In this document: piece after piece, positions 15,636 through 27,816 of the stretch
How the letters are laid out: each line of letters starts with the position of its first letter
How positions within the stretch are numbered: position 1 is the first letter of the stretch
DNA from: Octopus sinensis
Taxonomy: Eukaryota
Assembly: GCF_006345805.1 (NCBI RefSeq)
Contig: NC_043011.1
Location: 66,290,464-66,354,463, forward strand
Direction: 5' to 3'
DNA: 64,000 nt
Position numbers and translations under genes: made by a program
Notes under the pieces: model-generated
Databases searched by the model: none
What the model was told of the DNA's origin: nothing
The model's input: only the letters and a program-made list of their open reading frames with translations

Positions 15636-16821
15636 AAATGTACACATGTATATATATATATATATATATACATACACACACACACAGTCACGCGAAACTG
15701 AAACTCACTATCCACACACATACACCCGTATAATATAATTGTTTGTGCTCCTTCACAGTGACAGCAATATCGACGAACATTAATGGCGGTGCCGACAAAA
15801 CTAATTTGTATTATACGCGAAAAATCCCATACCAAGCTTGTTGCAAGTTATATTGACAGGAAGTTGACATTTTCAATATTATGAATCCATCAAATATATG
15901 AAAATGGAATCGTTTTGCTATTACTAGTTACCGAGGAGGAGAACAAAAATGAAAACATGTTTCATAATTATTTTGTCTCTGCAGCAAGTAATCTGTTGAC
16001 GCAACTGTCTTTTCTTAATCTCAAATATTTAATTTTGGTATATGCTTTAACATATGCTACCTCGATCTATTTTGATATATTATCTTTTATTACAATTTAT
16101 TATATTGTATTAGCGTGGACGATTTTTTAATTGTATATACGACACATGAAAATTTGTGTTTCTCCGATTTAAGCTGCCGGAAACTATAAATTCACTTTTA
16201 GTGAGAAATATTATTACAGAGCGTATTACAAACATTTGAGGAGAAATATATATATTTAGTCTCCTTTTTTTATTCATGTGTTTCATAATGAATGCTTTAA
16301 ACAAAATGTACACAACGGTAATGTCTATTATATTCTCAAAGATCAAAAAGTAGCAATCTGGCAGAAAATTTAGAAAATTTTGTCCGTTTACGCCCTGAGT
16401 TCAAATTCCGCCAAGAGTGATTTTGTCTTCCGAATTTTCGGAATCAATAGTCAATTACAGCAATGCCGGTGCTGAATTTGTACCTATTTTATCAAAAAGA
16501 AAAGGCAGATTAAATGCAAATTCATTGTGACAAAATTTGAACTCTGAACGTAATGCAGTACAGGAAGGTTTGCCCTGTGTGCTATCGGTCCTGCCAATTC
16601 TCTTTAATAATATAAATAACAGACATTAGCATAGTGTACTTCTTGTCTCTTATACTAGAATCATTCCTTACAAAACTTATGAATACAAAATGTAGAGTAA
16701 GTACACATTTTTCTCCTTAAATGTTTGTAACACCATCTGTAATATCCATTTTCAGGGAAAGTGGATTAATTTCTTTTCGGCATCTTAAACTTGTAAATAC
16801 ATAAATATTTAACGTCGCAGA

Positions 16822-16948
16822 TATAAAATTAAAGCGTCAAATAATTCACTATGCTAATAACATTACTCAAAAAATGTCATGAAAGATAATATTTGAAAAC
16901 GGTTCGAACTAACATATGTTACAGCATCTTCTAAATAAATCTATTTAA
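16822..16948 (+). promoter_or_regulatory. Candidate TATA elements of the peptide gene (TATAAAA 16822-16828; TATTTAA 16942-16948)
   Basis: Motif and position upstream of the ATG at 16989. Both are kept in copy 2. The start site is unknown. Confidence 0.35.
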
Positions 16949-16988
16949 GGATAAGTAAAGAATTGCGTGTTGTAGAGACTGAATCACT

Positions 16989-17025
16989 ATGAAACTTACT
17001 CTGTTCATTTTTGCTCTCCTCTTTG
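16989..17025 (+). CDS. Secreted Cys-rich peptide, copy 1, exon 1 of 3 (MKLTLFIFALLF-G, signal peptide)
   Basis: ATG, hydrophobic stretch, and a strong phase-1 donor G|GTAAGT at 17026. Confidence 0.8.
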
Positions 17026-18090
17026 GTAAGTAGTTATTGCAAAATTATTTTATATTATTGTCATTTGTCTGATGAGTTCATATTTTACCATGTGAGATTT
17101 CCATCAATATATCTAGCAACAATATTTCTACGAGATTTCTCCATACGTATAATATTTATCTGTACCTCCTTTATACAGCTATAGTTTGTCTAAATCGTAT
17201 TCACTGGCATTAAGCACCCATGTTATATGTGTATATATGTGTGCGTGTGTGTGTGAGTGTGTGTGTGTACACGGGCCTGTGTGCATGTGTCTGTGCATAT
17301 ATGTGTATAAGCATATATATGCATTCATATGGTTATAAATACATTTAGATATATATGTGTGTATGTGCTTGCATGGGCGTGTTTGTGTGGTTGTGTGTCT
17401 GCGGAAATGGTGTTTCTTATGTCACCCTATCATAACAATTTCCGTTGATTTGAAAGAGTCAGCAATACATTATATTGACTGAATATTTGTTATAATTTCA
17501 CAAAACTAGTTTCGAGTATGACTTTGTAGATTTGGTCAACCAGCAAACATGGGACTGGTTGTAAGGGGTGCATGGATACGCGCGATCGCTTGTGTGTATT
17601 TATTTATGTGCAAACAGGCGAAATTGTGTCTGCTTCTGTGGTTAATGAAAAAAAAATACGTTTATAAAATTCCAAAATCTGACGCTTAGGAATTCAACAG
17701 AAAACAACTTTAAAAAAATGAATAGGCAATTTATTAAGACAAAGATTTCAGTTAAGATCTCCCCAGAAATAAAAAGCCATCTTTAACTTATAAACTTTGC
17801 ATGTCATCTACAAAAAAACATGACAGCAGTGCATAGATGACTTGTCAGTAGTCACACCTTATAACCTTGAATGGCTGCAGACGTACTGCACCGCATAGAC
17901 ACATATCTCGTTTAAAGAAAAAAAGCCCAAACGTTAAAAACAAAACTGGAGTGATTTTACTCAGTTATTTTTGTAAGATTTGATGCCATAAAATATAACG
18001 GTTGACGTAAATTACCTCAAAAAATGTGTTGTAAATTCTATTCAGAGTATTACATATGCAACCACTAACAACCAAACTTTACTTTTCTAG

Positions 18091-18193
18091 GGAACCTATT
18101 CGCAGTGGATGTCAAGAAATGCGAAGGTTTAGCGAGAAAACATTGCGCTAACGATTTTGCGCACTTTCAACAATTTTATATAGAAACTTGCGA
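18091..18193 (+). CDS. Secreted Cys-rich peptide, copy 1, exon 2 of 3 (G-NLFAVDVKKCEGLARKHCANDFAHFQQFYIETC-D)
   Basis: Branch CTAAC at 18065, tttacttttctag acceptor, 103 nt open in phase 1 to 2, donor GA|GTATGT. Confidence 0.8.
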
Positions 18194-18197
18194 GTAT

Positions 18198-18232
<35 letters not shown>

Positions 18233-18259
18233 TACTGAAATCTATCAACGATAATATTA

Positions 18260-18320
<61 letters not shown>

Positions 18321-18325
18321 CTCTA

Positions 18326-18356
<31 letters not shown>

Positions 18357-18412
18357 ACCTTTCTATATATATACATATTTATATATATATATATACATCC
18401 ATCAATCCATAC

Positions 18413-18466
<54 letters not shown>

Positions 18467-18484
18467 GTATATATAACTGAAAAC

Positions 18485-18538
<54 letters not shown>

Positions 18539-18678
18539 GTGCACGTATATATGTGATTGTATATGTGTATTATATATATACACACATATAAGTGTAATGA
18601 ATAATGGGGAGACACGCAGATGTTATTTAAATCTTTTATAAAACCATTTCTATAACATTTTGTGAGTTTGTGTTTCAG

Positions 18679-18718
18679 TCTTCCAGGGAATTATCACCCA
18701 TGCAAGTGTGATTACTAA
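18679..18718 (+). CDS. Secreted Cys-rich peptide, copy 1, exon 3 of 3 (D-LPGNYHPCKCDY*)
   Basis: tgtgtttcag acceptor with compatible phase 2, TAA at 18716-18718, ATTAAA 66 nt downstream. Confidence 0.7.
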
Positions 18719-18783
18719 CTTCTTAGGCACCTGTGTAACGTTAGGCTCCCCCTTTAGCTGTTTCTCTGGATATTTCCTTGTAA

Positions 18784-18789
18784 ATTAAA
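18784..18789 (+). terminator. Polyadenylation signal ATTAAA, peptide gene copy 1
   Basis: Variant poly(A) hexamer just after the stop codon. Also present at 36496-36501. Confidence 0.55.
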
Positions 18790-18795
18790 CACACT

Positions 18796-18838
<43 letters not shown>

Positions 18839-18844
<6 letters not shown>

Positions 18845-19113
18845 ATCACGTGACCGACCAAGCAATCAGATGTTGTTACACATCGCTGGTCACAATGCGT
18901 TCGAATGACGCCAAGCGAGCAGGCCAAGAGAAGTAAGAGTGGGAGAAAGACTGGTGAAAGAGTACAGCAGGGATCACCCCACCCCTGCCGGAGTCTCGTG
19001 GAGCTTTTAGGTGTTTTCGCTCAATAAATACTCACAACGCCCGGTCTGGGAATCGAAACCGCGATCCTGCGACCGCGAGTCCGCTGCCCTAACCACTAGG
19101 CCATTGCGCCTCC
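18839..19113 (-). mobile_element. tRNA-derived SINE family 2
   Basis: Head ggaggcgcaatggcctagtggttagg...ggtttcgattccc with a (TA)n tail. Paralogue at 36552-36830. Confidence 0.85.
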
Positions 19114-19310
19114 ACACACTCATGACCGATAGACGAAGTACAAATCTTGAGGTTGATTTGTTCGTTTAAAACCCTTCAAGTCAGTCACCCTGAATGGCTA
19201 CAGTCACATTATTAAAGGATGTAAAAGCATTAATAAATAAAAGAAAATATATCCCCAAGCGTAAACAAATTACATGATTATTTACTATATGCGTATTAAC
19301 TTATTTAATA

Positions 19311-20012
19311 CGAGGGGCGTTCAATAAGTAATGCCCCTGACCCACTTCCCATAGCGGTAGAGCAACGAAACTTGGCACAGTCATTAGTCTTATCCTACAT
19401 AGGAAGTACACAGAGTTATGCATTTCTCCCATCGTTTGATACAGCTCTGGAGACCGTTTTTGTAGAAGACCCCAGCTTGGTCCTCCAACCACGAAGTGAC
19501 TTCAGAAATCAAGGCTGCATCATCTGGGAAACGCTTTCCTTTCAAAATCACCTTCATGGCTGGGAAGAGGTGAAAGTCAGAGGGTGCAAGGGGAGGGGTT
19601 CATAGCTGTACGCCTGTGCTTCTGATCTGGAGACACGCGAGTTGTGGACCGGAGCGTTGTCCTGCAGGAGGAGGATGACTTTGCTGATCTTGCCAAGCCT
19701 CTTTATTTTGATAGCTTCTATTAATTTCCTCAAAAGTGAAGCATAATAGGCTCCTGTAATTGTGGTACCCTTTGCCAGGAAATCTGTCATCACTACTCCG
19801 TCCTGGACCCAGAAGACTGTTAGCATAACCTTGTCGGCAGATCACTGCTCGACACTCAAGAGGCTCCATTTCACACTTGACTCAGTTAAAACACCTGTAA
19901 ATCAGAAACCACAATTAGTTCAAAGATGCAATTCGTCACTTTATCTATAGAAGTATAAATAAGTGCACATATTGCGACTGCAAGTGGGTCATTTCTTATT
20001 GAACGACGCTCG
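19311..20012 (-). mobile_element. Internally deleted mariner (same family as 14259-15551)
   Basis: Left TIR intact, right TIR degenerate, TA flanks, C-terminal transposase remnants. Same insertion site as 37167-38306. Confidence 0.9.
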
Positions 20013-20204
20013 TATGTTGCAAAGGCCGGTCTTATCAGTATTTATTGGACGTGTAGAAGTTTATCAATCGCGAGTGCAAACTCGGCATAGATAAACTTTT
20101 AGCTATAAATTCTTGCATTGATCATTAATGTTAACAAATGTATTAATATACACCCCCAAAAGCATATGTATATGCAGGGAAACAATTTTTTTTTCAAGTG
20201 GCTG

Positions 20205-20387
20205 CGTTGTAAGTAGCTTGCTTACCAACCACAGGGTTCCGGGCTCAGCCCCACTGCGTGCAACCTTAGGCAAGTGTCTTCTGCAATAGCCTCGGGCCGA
20301 CCACAAGCTTGTGACTGGATTTGGTAAACGGAAACTTAAAGAAGCCCCTTCGTATATATGTACATGGATATATATATGTATATAGAA

Positions 20388-20444
<57 letters not shown>

Positions 20445-20660
20445 TGTGTATGTGTGTGTGTTTGTGTGTCTGCGTTTGTACCACCAACATCGCTTGATAA
20501 CCGATGCTGGTGTGTTAATGTCCCCGTTACTTATCAGTTCGGCAAAAGAGACCGTTAGAGTACGTACTAAGCTTACAGGGAATAAGTCCTGGGGTCGATT
20601 TGCTCGACTAAAGGCGGTGCTCCAACATGGCCACAGTCAAATAACTGAAACAATTAAAAG
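20205..20660 (+). mobile_element. tRNA-derived SINE family 1
   Basis: Homologous to 4251-4778, with the central (TA)n(TG)n tract. Confidence 0.85.
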
Positions 20661-20996
20661 AGTAAATATTTCAATGTTCCTTTTCTTAGTGTGGGACTAC
20701 ATGTTTCATTGATCCTTTTCAGCACCTACATTCAATTTCTGCGTTGCTTTGAAAGAAGAGGCGATGACTGCTTTGAATACTTTAAGAAGAAGCACTTCTG
20801 TCGCGTAAGCACTTTATTAACCTATTTTTTGTTGGGAGGCGTATAAACTGAAGAATCAAATAGTATAGAAAACAACAAACAGAAATTTTGTTGATGGTTC
20901 GTTGAAATCTCACAGGTATTCGACAAAAGAAATGATTATGTTGTGCGGAATTTAACTGACAAGAGCTCTGTCGTCATAAATTTAACATAGGCCTAT

Positions 20997-21161
20997 GAGT
21001 GGCTGTATGGTAAGTAGCTTGCTTACCAACAACATGGTTCCGGCTTCAGTCCCATTGCGTTGCACCTCGGGCATGTGTTTTCTACTATAACCTCGGGCCG
21101 ACCAAAGCCTTGTGAGTGAATTTGGTAGGCAGAAACTGAAAGAAGCTCGTCGTATATATGT

Positions 21162-21202
<41 letters not shown>

Positions 21203-21453
21203 GGTGTACGTGCGTGTGTATGTGTGTGCGTATGTTTGTGTGTATGTTTGTGTGTCTGTGTTTGTCCCCCCAACATCGCTTCACAACCGATGCTAATATG
21301 TTTACGTCCCCGTAACTTAGTGATTCGGCGAAAGATACCGATAGAACCAGTTCTAAGCTTACAAAGAATACGTCCTGGGATCGATTTGCTCAACAAGGCG
21401 GTACTCCAGCTTGGCCACACTCAAATGTGTGAAATAAGTAAAAGAGTAAAAGA
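20997..21453 (+). mobile_element. tRNA-derived SINE family 1
   Basis: Homologous to 4251-4778. Confidence 0.85.
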
Positions 21454-21915
21454 GTCGGATACGTTAATATTGTGAGTAGATTTAGTTGCAAATAATGATG
21501 AAAAGGCGATATCTCCCTTATTATTATCCGAAGTAATTAAAGTGTTTGCAAAATATTATTGATTAGCTCAGAGTAATCATCCATGCGACACGTTCTACGT
21601 GTGTAAGAAAGAGTTCAAAGCAGGAATGTCGAATACACCGTATATTGGTCATGGCATCAAAACGATTGAAAGGAAAAGCACCCAGAACAAATTTTCCGAA
21701 ATATAGTTCAACATTTGCTTCTCATTGGTATCCAAATAAATTTGAACGAACATTTAATCGCTGAAGTCATAGAGTATATTACATATTTCGTTGTGAGGTT
21801 TTATGGAATCCGGATCAAACTCAGGTTGCATTTGTGAAGATAAAAATAAATACAAAATGTTTCGTATTTATAATTTTATATTAATTTATTATTCCTTCTT
21901 TTATTTTAGGCGTGG

Positions 21916-24900
21916 ATGACTGATTTGAACACCGGTAACAAAGTTAAGGTACGCGATATCATCTGAACTATTTTATCATAATTTTAACTGCTTTATAACT
22001 GATGCAAATTGTAATTTAACACGGAGGATATAGCTAATGCAACATACCATTTTTGCAACATAACGTTATACAGAGAATGTCTGTGTAATACAGATTTATG
22101 ACATTTGTAAAATATTTGATCAACTACATAATAACATTCCTAGTTTAATATAAAATAAGTTAACGTACCCATTATTACTTGTATTAGTATTATTAACCAA
22201 CAGCCAAAATGATTACAATATCAATCCAATGGATGATCACATATCAATATGGTGCGCGTACATTGACATCACTGTTTCTCATTATATATATGTAATGATA
22301 TATATATATATATATATATATATAATAATAATAACAATAATAAATATTAGGGAATAAATCCAAACTTACAGGGAAAAATCAGATTTAGGATTGAATCCAA
22401 TTTATAGTAAAATATTATATTATATAAATTAGAGACAAAACCACTATTATGAAAATCAAACAAAGAAAGACTTAATCCAATACATAAATTAATTTATATA
22501 ATTTAGAAATTTAACAATTATTAATATCCAATTAATTTCTTTGTTTGATTTGCATAATAGTGGTTTTGCCTCTAATTTATATATATATATATATATAGCA
22601 ATACATTTATAATTTTCAAAATATTTTATAGCATAAAATATACTCATTCGCCATTCAACCGTGCAGAGTGTTAATTCAATTTTCATTTATTATTTCGTAA
22701 TAAACTATTCGTTGCACCAACTCGTAGCCTATCACTGACAGTCTGTAATTGTTTTAGTTTCAACATAGTGTTTCAGGTGAAACACCGTTCACGGCGAGTA
22801 CACTTCATAAAGCGCCTTTCCCTATCATGTATAGAGATATACTACTTTACATCCCTTCTCTTTACAGATGATCTGCCAATCAACAATATTTACTACAGCT
22901 GTGGGTATGTTACTGAATTGATGCACAACAAAATAGGCTCAATGCTACCACAATAACACACCTGTGTTATTCTGAAGATTTTACTAAAACTACAGTCATG
23001 TGACTATGAAATACGTCATCACAGTTATGTGAATGAAAACATAGTAACAACATTTTTATTTCAATTTTACTTTTAATTAAACCATGAAAATTCAATATCT
23101 AGTAAATTATTTTATGGTTTTACTGCAACCAAGAGGAAGATAGCGACCACGCTGGAGTTCTGTGTACGTAATTTCCATTACTATGGTTTTCGTAAAATTG
23201 CAGGAACGTTCTTCAGGAATTGCAAAATAGTAAAGACCCCAGGGAATACTGAAACTAATGTACTTTCACCCCAGGTATACCATTCAATTGCTATGGCAAT
23301 ATATTCAAAATTTGCAGGCCAACACACTTATGTATACAGTTTATTTAAATAATGGTTTCAATTACAAAATTTCTATGTAGATTGCTACAGATAATTATAA
23401 GGATTATAGTTATTATGTATAAGGCATCGAGCTTCCATAATCTTTAGCACATTTGGCGAAATGCTCAGCGGTATTTTGCCTGTCTCTGCATTCTGAGTTC
23501 AAATTCTCCCTAGATCGAAATTACATTTCATCCTTTAAAGGCTGAAAAAATTCGTAATGGAAGGAACATAAACCTTTCACAGACTCGTCTCCTGGCTACC
23601 CTACCCGGATGTGGGTTTCATATTTCCAGCATCTTTGTCTCACATGTAGTACTACTTCTCTCTCCGGTTGTTTCTATGAACACTGAACGCCTCAGCAGCA
23701 GCAACAGCGCATACCACCATTCTGATGACCTCACAGTATGGTGGCAGTATGAATGTGATATCCCTTTGTCTACCTACTGTTGTCGATGTTTCTGTAAAGA
23801 TCTTTATGTAAGTAATGTGCGAGAGTGAAGTAGATTTTCTCGAGTTAAGGACAAGAGAACAGGAACTCGTCCTAAGATTAACCTATGACACTACATTATG
23901 TCGATGCTTATAACTTGAATAGTTTCTGCTTCAGGGGGCATGAATGAGAAAGGCCATCCATGATAATTTCATTATCGAAGAAGCATCACATGGCACACAG
24001 AATTGCCTGGACTTTACGTACACGAAATCTAGAACAGGCATGTGAAAAGTGATTGCACATGTAATACTTGTTAGTATAAATACTTCGTTGAAAATCTATA
24101 TTGTCAAGTCCAATTAGAAATTACACAAGAAAAACCAAGGAGCAGCCATCTTTGTCAGTGTAACTGGGGGCGTAGCCTACATTTTCATCACATAGGACGA
24201 CAAAAAATGCAGGTAATCCTTAGTTGTGATAGTTGTAATACTATTGTGCAGATATGTAGAGGATATCAACAATATCATTACGACAGTCCTATTGATGATT
24301 CTTCGGACGCCTAGGGAATTACGATGGAGTACATTAAGAGTATAGCTAACTCCATCGACCAGAGTATGAAGGTAGCGATTACCTACTACACTAAGCACCA
24401 GAGCAACATATTTCCTGTTTTAGTTACAGGACTTTAGTTACAGATTACGAACAAGTTCCAACACTTCCACAGCGTTTATATAAAACTCAGAGCTTCCAAA
24501 TACGTCCTTTATAAGAATTCAGTTTTATCACTCAATAAGAGAACAAGTATATACATAGCGGATTTCGTCAGGATAATGAAGAACATATTTCCCTTTTCAG
24601 ACCCTGTGAAATAATGTGGCATGCACAGGACTTTATGTTTAGTATGCATTTCGCAGTCTACGACGGGTCATATTGGCGAAATGGAATATATATTCATATA
24701 TCTATTTGTATATGGACACATTACCATCCCTAACACATTTTTGGATCGATCCAGCCTACATGCAATGTATAGTTTGATATATAAACACATGTATTCTTTC
24801 CTTTAAAATGATAAAGGAACGTTAGAGCAGTTCAAGGCAAAAGAGATGCTACAATAAATGTTTGTTTACGAAAATGCGGATGAGAGGATTCGAGCCTGAT

Positions 24901-25850
24901 ATTGCATTTAATAACTTTTGCAGGTTAACAATTCACAAGATGATTCCAATACATTAAAATGCATAACGCTTCATGGTTGCGAGATCATGAGAATATATTG
25001 TACAGATATGTTTATAGTTTAATACCGTCCATATGGTGCTTATTACACTTTCCATTCCATACATTTTCAAAAATATATGCTAAAATAGATTTACATAAAT
25101 GCTGATCTGAGTGTAAAATAAGTTTGTCACGAAAGAGAGAGAGGAATTTATATCATTCACAGCAAAAAAGAAACGGTTGTTAAGTACCGAAATGATCAGT
25201 CTTCGGCACATTATCAATTTCTCATCACTAAATGCATATTTTATCATTCGTTTCATTCTTCAATCTCGACAGCACATTCTTCCTGATAATATGACAATGA
25301 AGTTTGAGTTATAACTTATAGTGAGCCAGTCATTGATTTTGTGTAGTTCTTTATTATTGTATTGTAGATTACAATCGTATCATTTCTGTCAGTATGGGTT
25401 CAGCTTTCTCAGTAAACTGATGAAAATGACACCGCATTTTAGATAAGGCTCATCACATTCAGTGGAATGATAATAGGCTGACACGACATACTTCTTTAAA
25501 AAAGATCATCCGAGGAGCAGTGTTTTACGCATTGGATGCATAATGTCAATTACACAAGAACTAACCTGTGTACAGCAGGTTTTCAATGCGCTGAAACTGT
25601 TGAAAACAAAAAGTCATGCATTCCGTTTCCTATCATTTGCCTGTTTACCTAAACTCTACGGATACTGCTGTATGTAGAGTAGCAAGATCATTTGTGGCGT
25701 GTGATGACATCTGGCAGTCAGTAAATGTGAAAGGGCTTTGCACATGCGCACATACAAACGCACATGTTCCTTCAATGGAAGTAACAGAGATACAAGCAAT
25801 ATTCAAACTATTTCTCTCTGTAGCTTTCATCTTTGACTTGTTTCAGTCAT
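21916..25850 (+). pseudogene. Decayed long ORF, copy P2 (MITE/SINE insertions at about 22290-22620 and 23350-23790)
   Basis: Conserved translated blocks with P1: PTAK..TISIQW...YQYGARTLTSL, KY.INY.ITFL, VG.LL, MQYI.N.QA..TYV, V.C.SEVDF, LVLRLT, LPNT.FIR. In-frame stops. Confidence 0.6.
22421..22583. mobile_element. About 160-bp AT-rich MITE inside P2 (also near 40720-40885)
   Basis: 22421-22468 and 22536-22583 are inverted arms (2 mismatches in 45). TA flanks. Absent from P1. Confidence 0.75.
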
Positions 25851-26220
25851 GAGACTGCGGCAAAAAGGGGTCAGCGCCGTGAAAAATTCTTAGTCGAACG
25901 AATTGACACCAGTACGTATACCATACACCTGGGACTTATACTATCGTTCTCTTTGCCGAATCGCTAATCTATTGGGGCTGAAACCTGCCAACACCAGTTG
26001 TCAATCGGTTGTGGGGTCCAAATAAAGACACAAGAAACATGTATAGGACATATACGTGTAGATATGAGTGTGCGTATGCGTGCGGGTGTGTGTGTGTTTG
26101 TAAAAGATGGGTTGCTTTTAGTTTCCTTCTACCATATACATTCACAAGACACTGGTCGACCGGAGGCCACAGTAGAGGGTATTTACCCAATGTATCACGC
26201 AAGGGCCTGCACCAGGTAAC
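25830..26220 (-). mobile_element. Diverged SINE family 1 relative
   Basis: 3' body motifs (ctctttgccgaa, gttgtcaa, ttcacaag). Duplicated near 44140-44530. Confidence 0.55.
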
Positions 26221-27129
26221 ATCTGATCGGGAATCAGGTTTCGTACTCCACAGAGACGCCTACGCCTATATACTGCATGAATTTTTGATATATTAATTTA
26301 CAAATACATATAGGTCTTGAGGCCGAGGTTCGATTTAGACGTAATGCCATGAGTATTTAGAATTGCATGTACCAGTGCATGCACAACTTTATAGAAATAT
26401 ATACGCATATATCTCTAAGTCATGTTTTGCATGTATAATTAAAAGGAGATAAACTGAGAGAAAAAACCCTTAGAATTTATTTGATTGTAATTCAAAAAGT
26501 AAAAAGAAAAATATATTTCATGATATCAAATATTCTTTTCTACTCTAGGCACAAGGCCCAAAATTTGGTGGGAGGGAGCCAGTTGATTAGATCCACCCCA
26601 GTATGCAGTTGGTACTTAATTTATCGACCCCGAAAAGACGTAAGGCAAAGTTGTAGTATAATGCATACAACATTATTGATTGGCGAAAATATTCCCATTT
26701 CTAAACAGGGAAGACAATTCGAAAGTAGTGATGTTAATTTGAATGAAGTTATTCGAAAGATGGCATTGTTAAGTGAAGAAGATAGACAAGAACAAGTGTG
26801 TCTACATATATCAAAATATGCAATCAGCACTTTAACTGTCCTTGTATTCAGTAGACACAAAATACATTTTCGAAAAGACATCGTTAGAGGTAGTAGAGAC
26901 ACTTATGGGAATTAATATTATACAAGATATTGTAATAGTGGACTGAAAAAAATCATAAAAAAAGAAATACAAATGAAGGGGGAAAGAAAAATACATAAGT
27001 AAGGAAAACAAATATGAAATGAGAAAAATTCGGAGGAAAATGTAAGATAGCTAATACAATTATAGAAAAAAAATGGTTCAAGTGAAAACAAACTATATTT
27101 GGTGTACATAGAAATTAATACAAGATAGT

Positions 27130-27448
27130 AAAGGAAAGACATTCGATAGGTTATTATTTAAGACAGTAAAGAATTGAAAGTTTGATGTAATCTATGTAAA
27201 ATATTAAGGGTGCGATCGTCTAATTGAGTGAGCCTAAAGTAATGAAAACGTCAAATCTCTGGAACGGAAGCATGAAATGAGAACAGAAATAGAAACAATA
27301 AATGCAAGTGGACTTTTGAATTCAAAATAACAGCCAAAAAGATATAGATATATGCCTTTGGGATAGTTAACTTGGATGTTGGAGTAGATTGATAACATCT
27401 AGAGTAGCCAATATTGCCTCTTCATTAATTGTTTTTGCTAGGTGTACT
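27130..27448 (-). mobile_element. Penelope-like RT remnant, truncated at the 27448 breakpoint
   Basis: Near-identical to 45430-45752, where the sequence continues into a recognisable Penelope RT. Confidence 0.6.
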
Positions 27449-27555
27449 CGTTTAGGCAATTACTTCTTCCGAGGTTTTGCTACTTATATAACCCATGTAG
27501 CCTGGATTTTATCTACTTCATTCCCTAAATTTAGACACGCAAACACATAGACAGT

Positions 27556-27589
<34 letters not shown>

Positions 27590-27701
27590 CATGTGTGTGT
27601 GTGTATACAAATATTCTTCTATATTTAAGAGTTGGGGAATTATGTACATTATATACATTAGTTACATTTGACGGATATTTGTCTTTATTTTTATTCTTGT
27701 T

Positions 27702-27747
27702 AACACAACATTTCGTCTGATATACCCTGCAGCCTTCATCAAGTGTC
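27702..27747 (-). ncRNA. Degenerate minimal hammerhead, family 2 (also 49521-49566 on + and 47472-47517 on -)
   Basis: gacac-tTGATGA-aggctg(cagggtatat)cagac-GAAA-tg-TT-gtgtt: hammerhead topology with a core C3-to-U change. Confidence 0.5.
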
Positions 27748-27816
27748 TTGGGGAAGTTTCGAACCTGGGTTCTCATTCCTAAGGCATTTTACGATGGTGA
27801 TATTATTATTATTATT

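Larger units (their letters stand above)
8312..27448. repeat. Segmental duplication unit A (paralogous to 29701-45752)
   Basis: Same order of RTE-SINE-Tx1 junctions, peptide gene, SINEs, mariner insertion site, decayed ORF and Penelope remnant. Offset is 17.7-18.3 kb after the deletion in unit B. Confidence 0.92.

Noticed and set aside
15949-15999. MKTCFIIILSLQQVIC*, resembling a signal-peptide exon
   Set aside because: Weak donor in a different phase, short hydrophobic core, and no matching downstream exon found.
21910-22904. Apparent micro-exons (39 nt at 21910-21948; 37 nt at 22868-22904) as further exons of the peptide gene
   Set aside because: The first gives an immediate stop in the required phase. 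The second donor is GA in P1, and the codons continue with synonymous changes (VGILL/VGMLL), so both are parts of the decayed ORF.
23723-25445. CTGATGA motifs near 23725 and 25418 (also near 6928, and 7261 on the minus strand) as hammerheads
   Set aside because: No GAAA/UH with a paired stem I in the required topology.
26481-26915. 144-aa ORF kept open in both units (also 44785..45219)
   Set aside because: Its first half is SINE 3' sequence, it has no recognisable domain, and the recent duplication explains its conservation.
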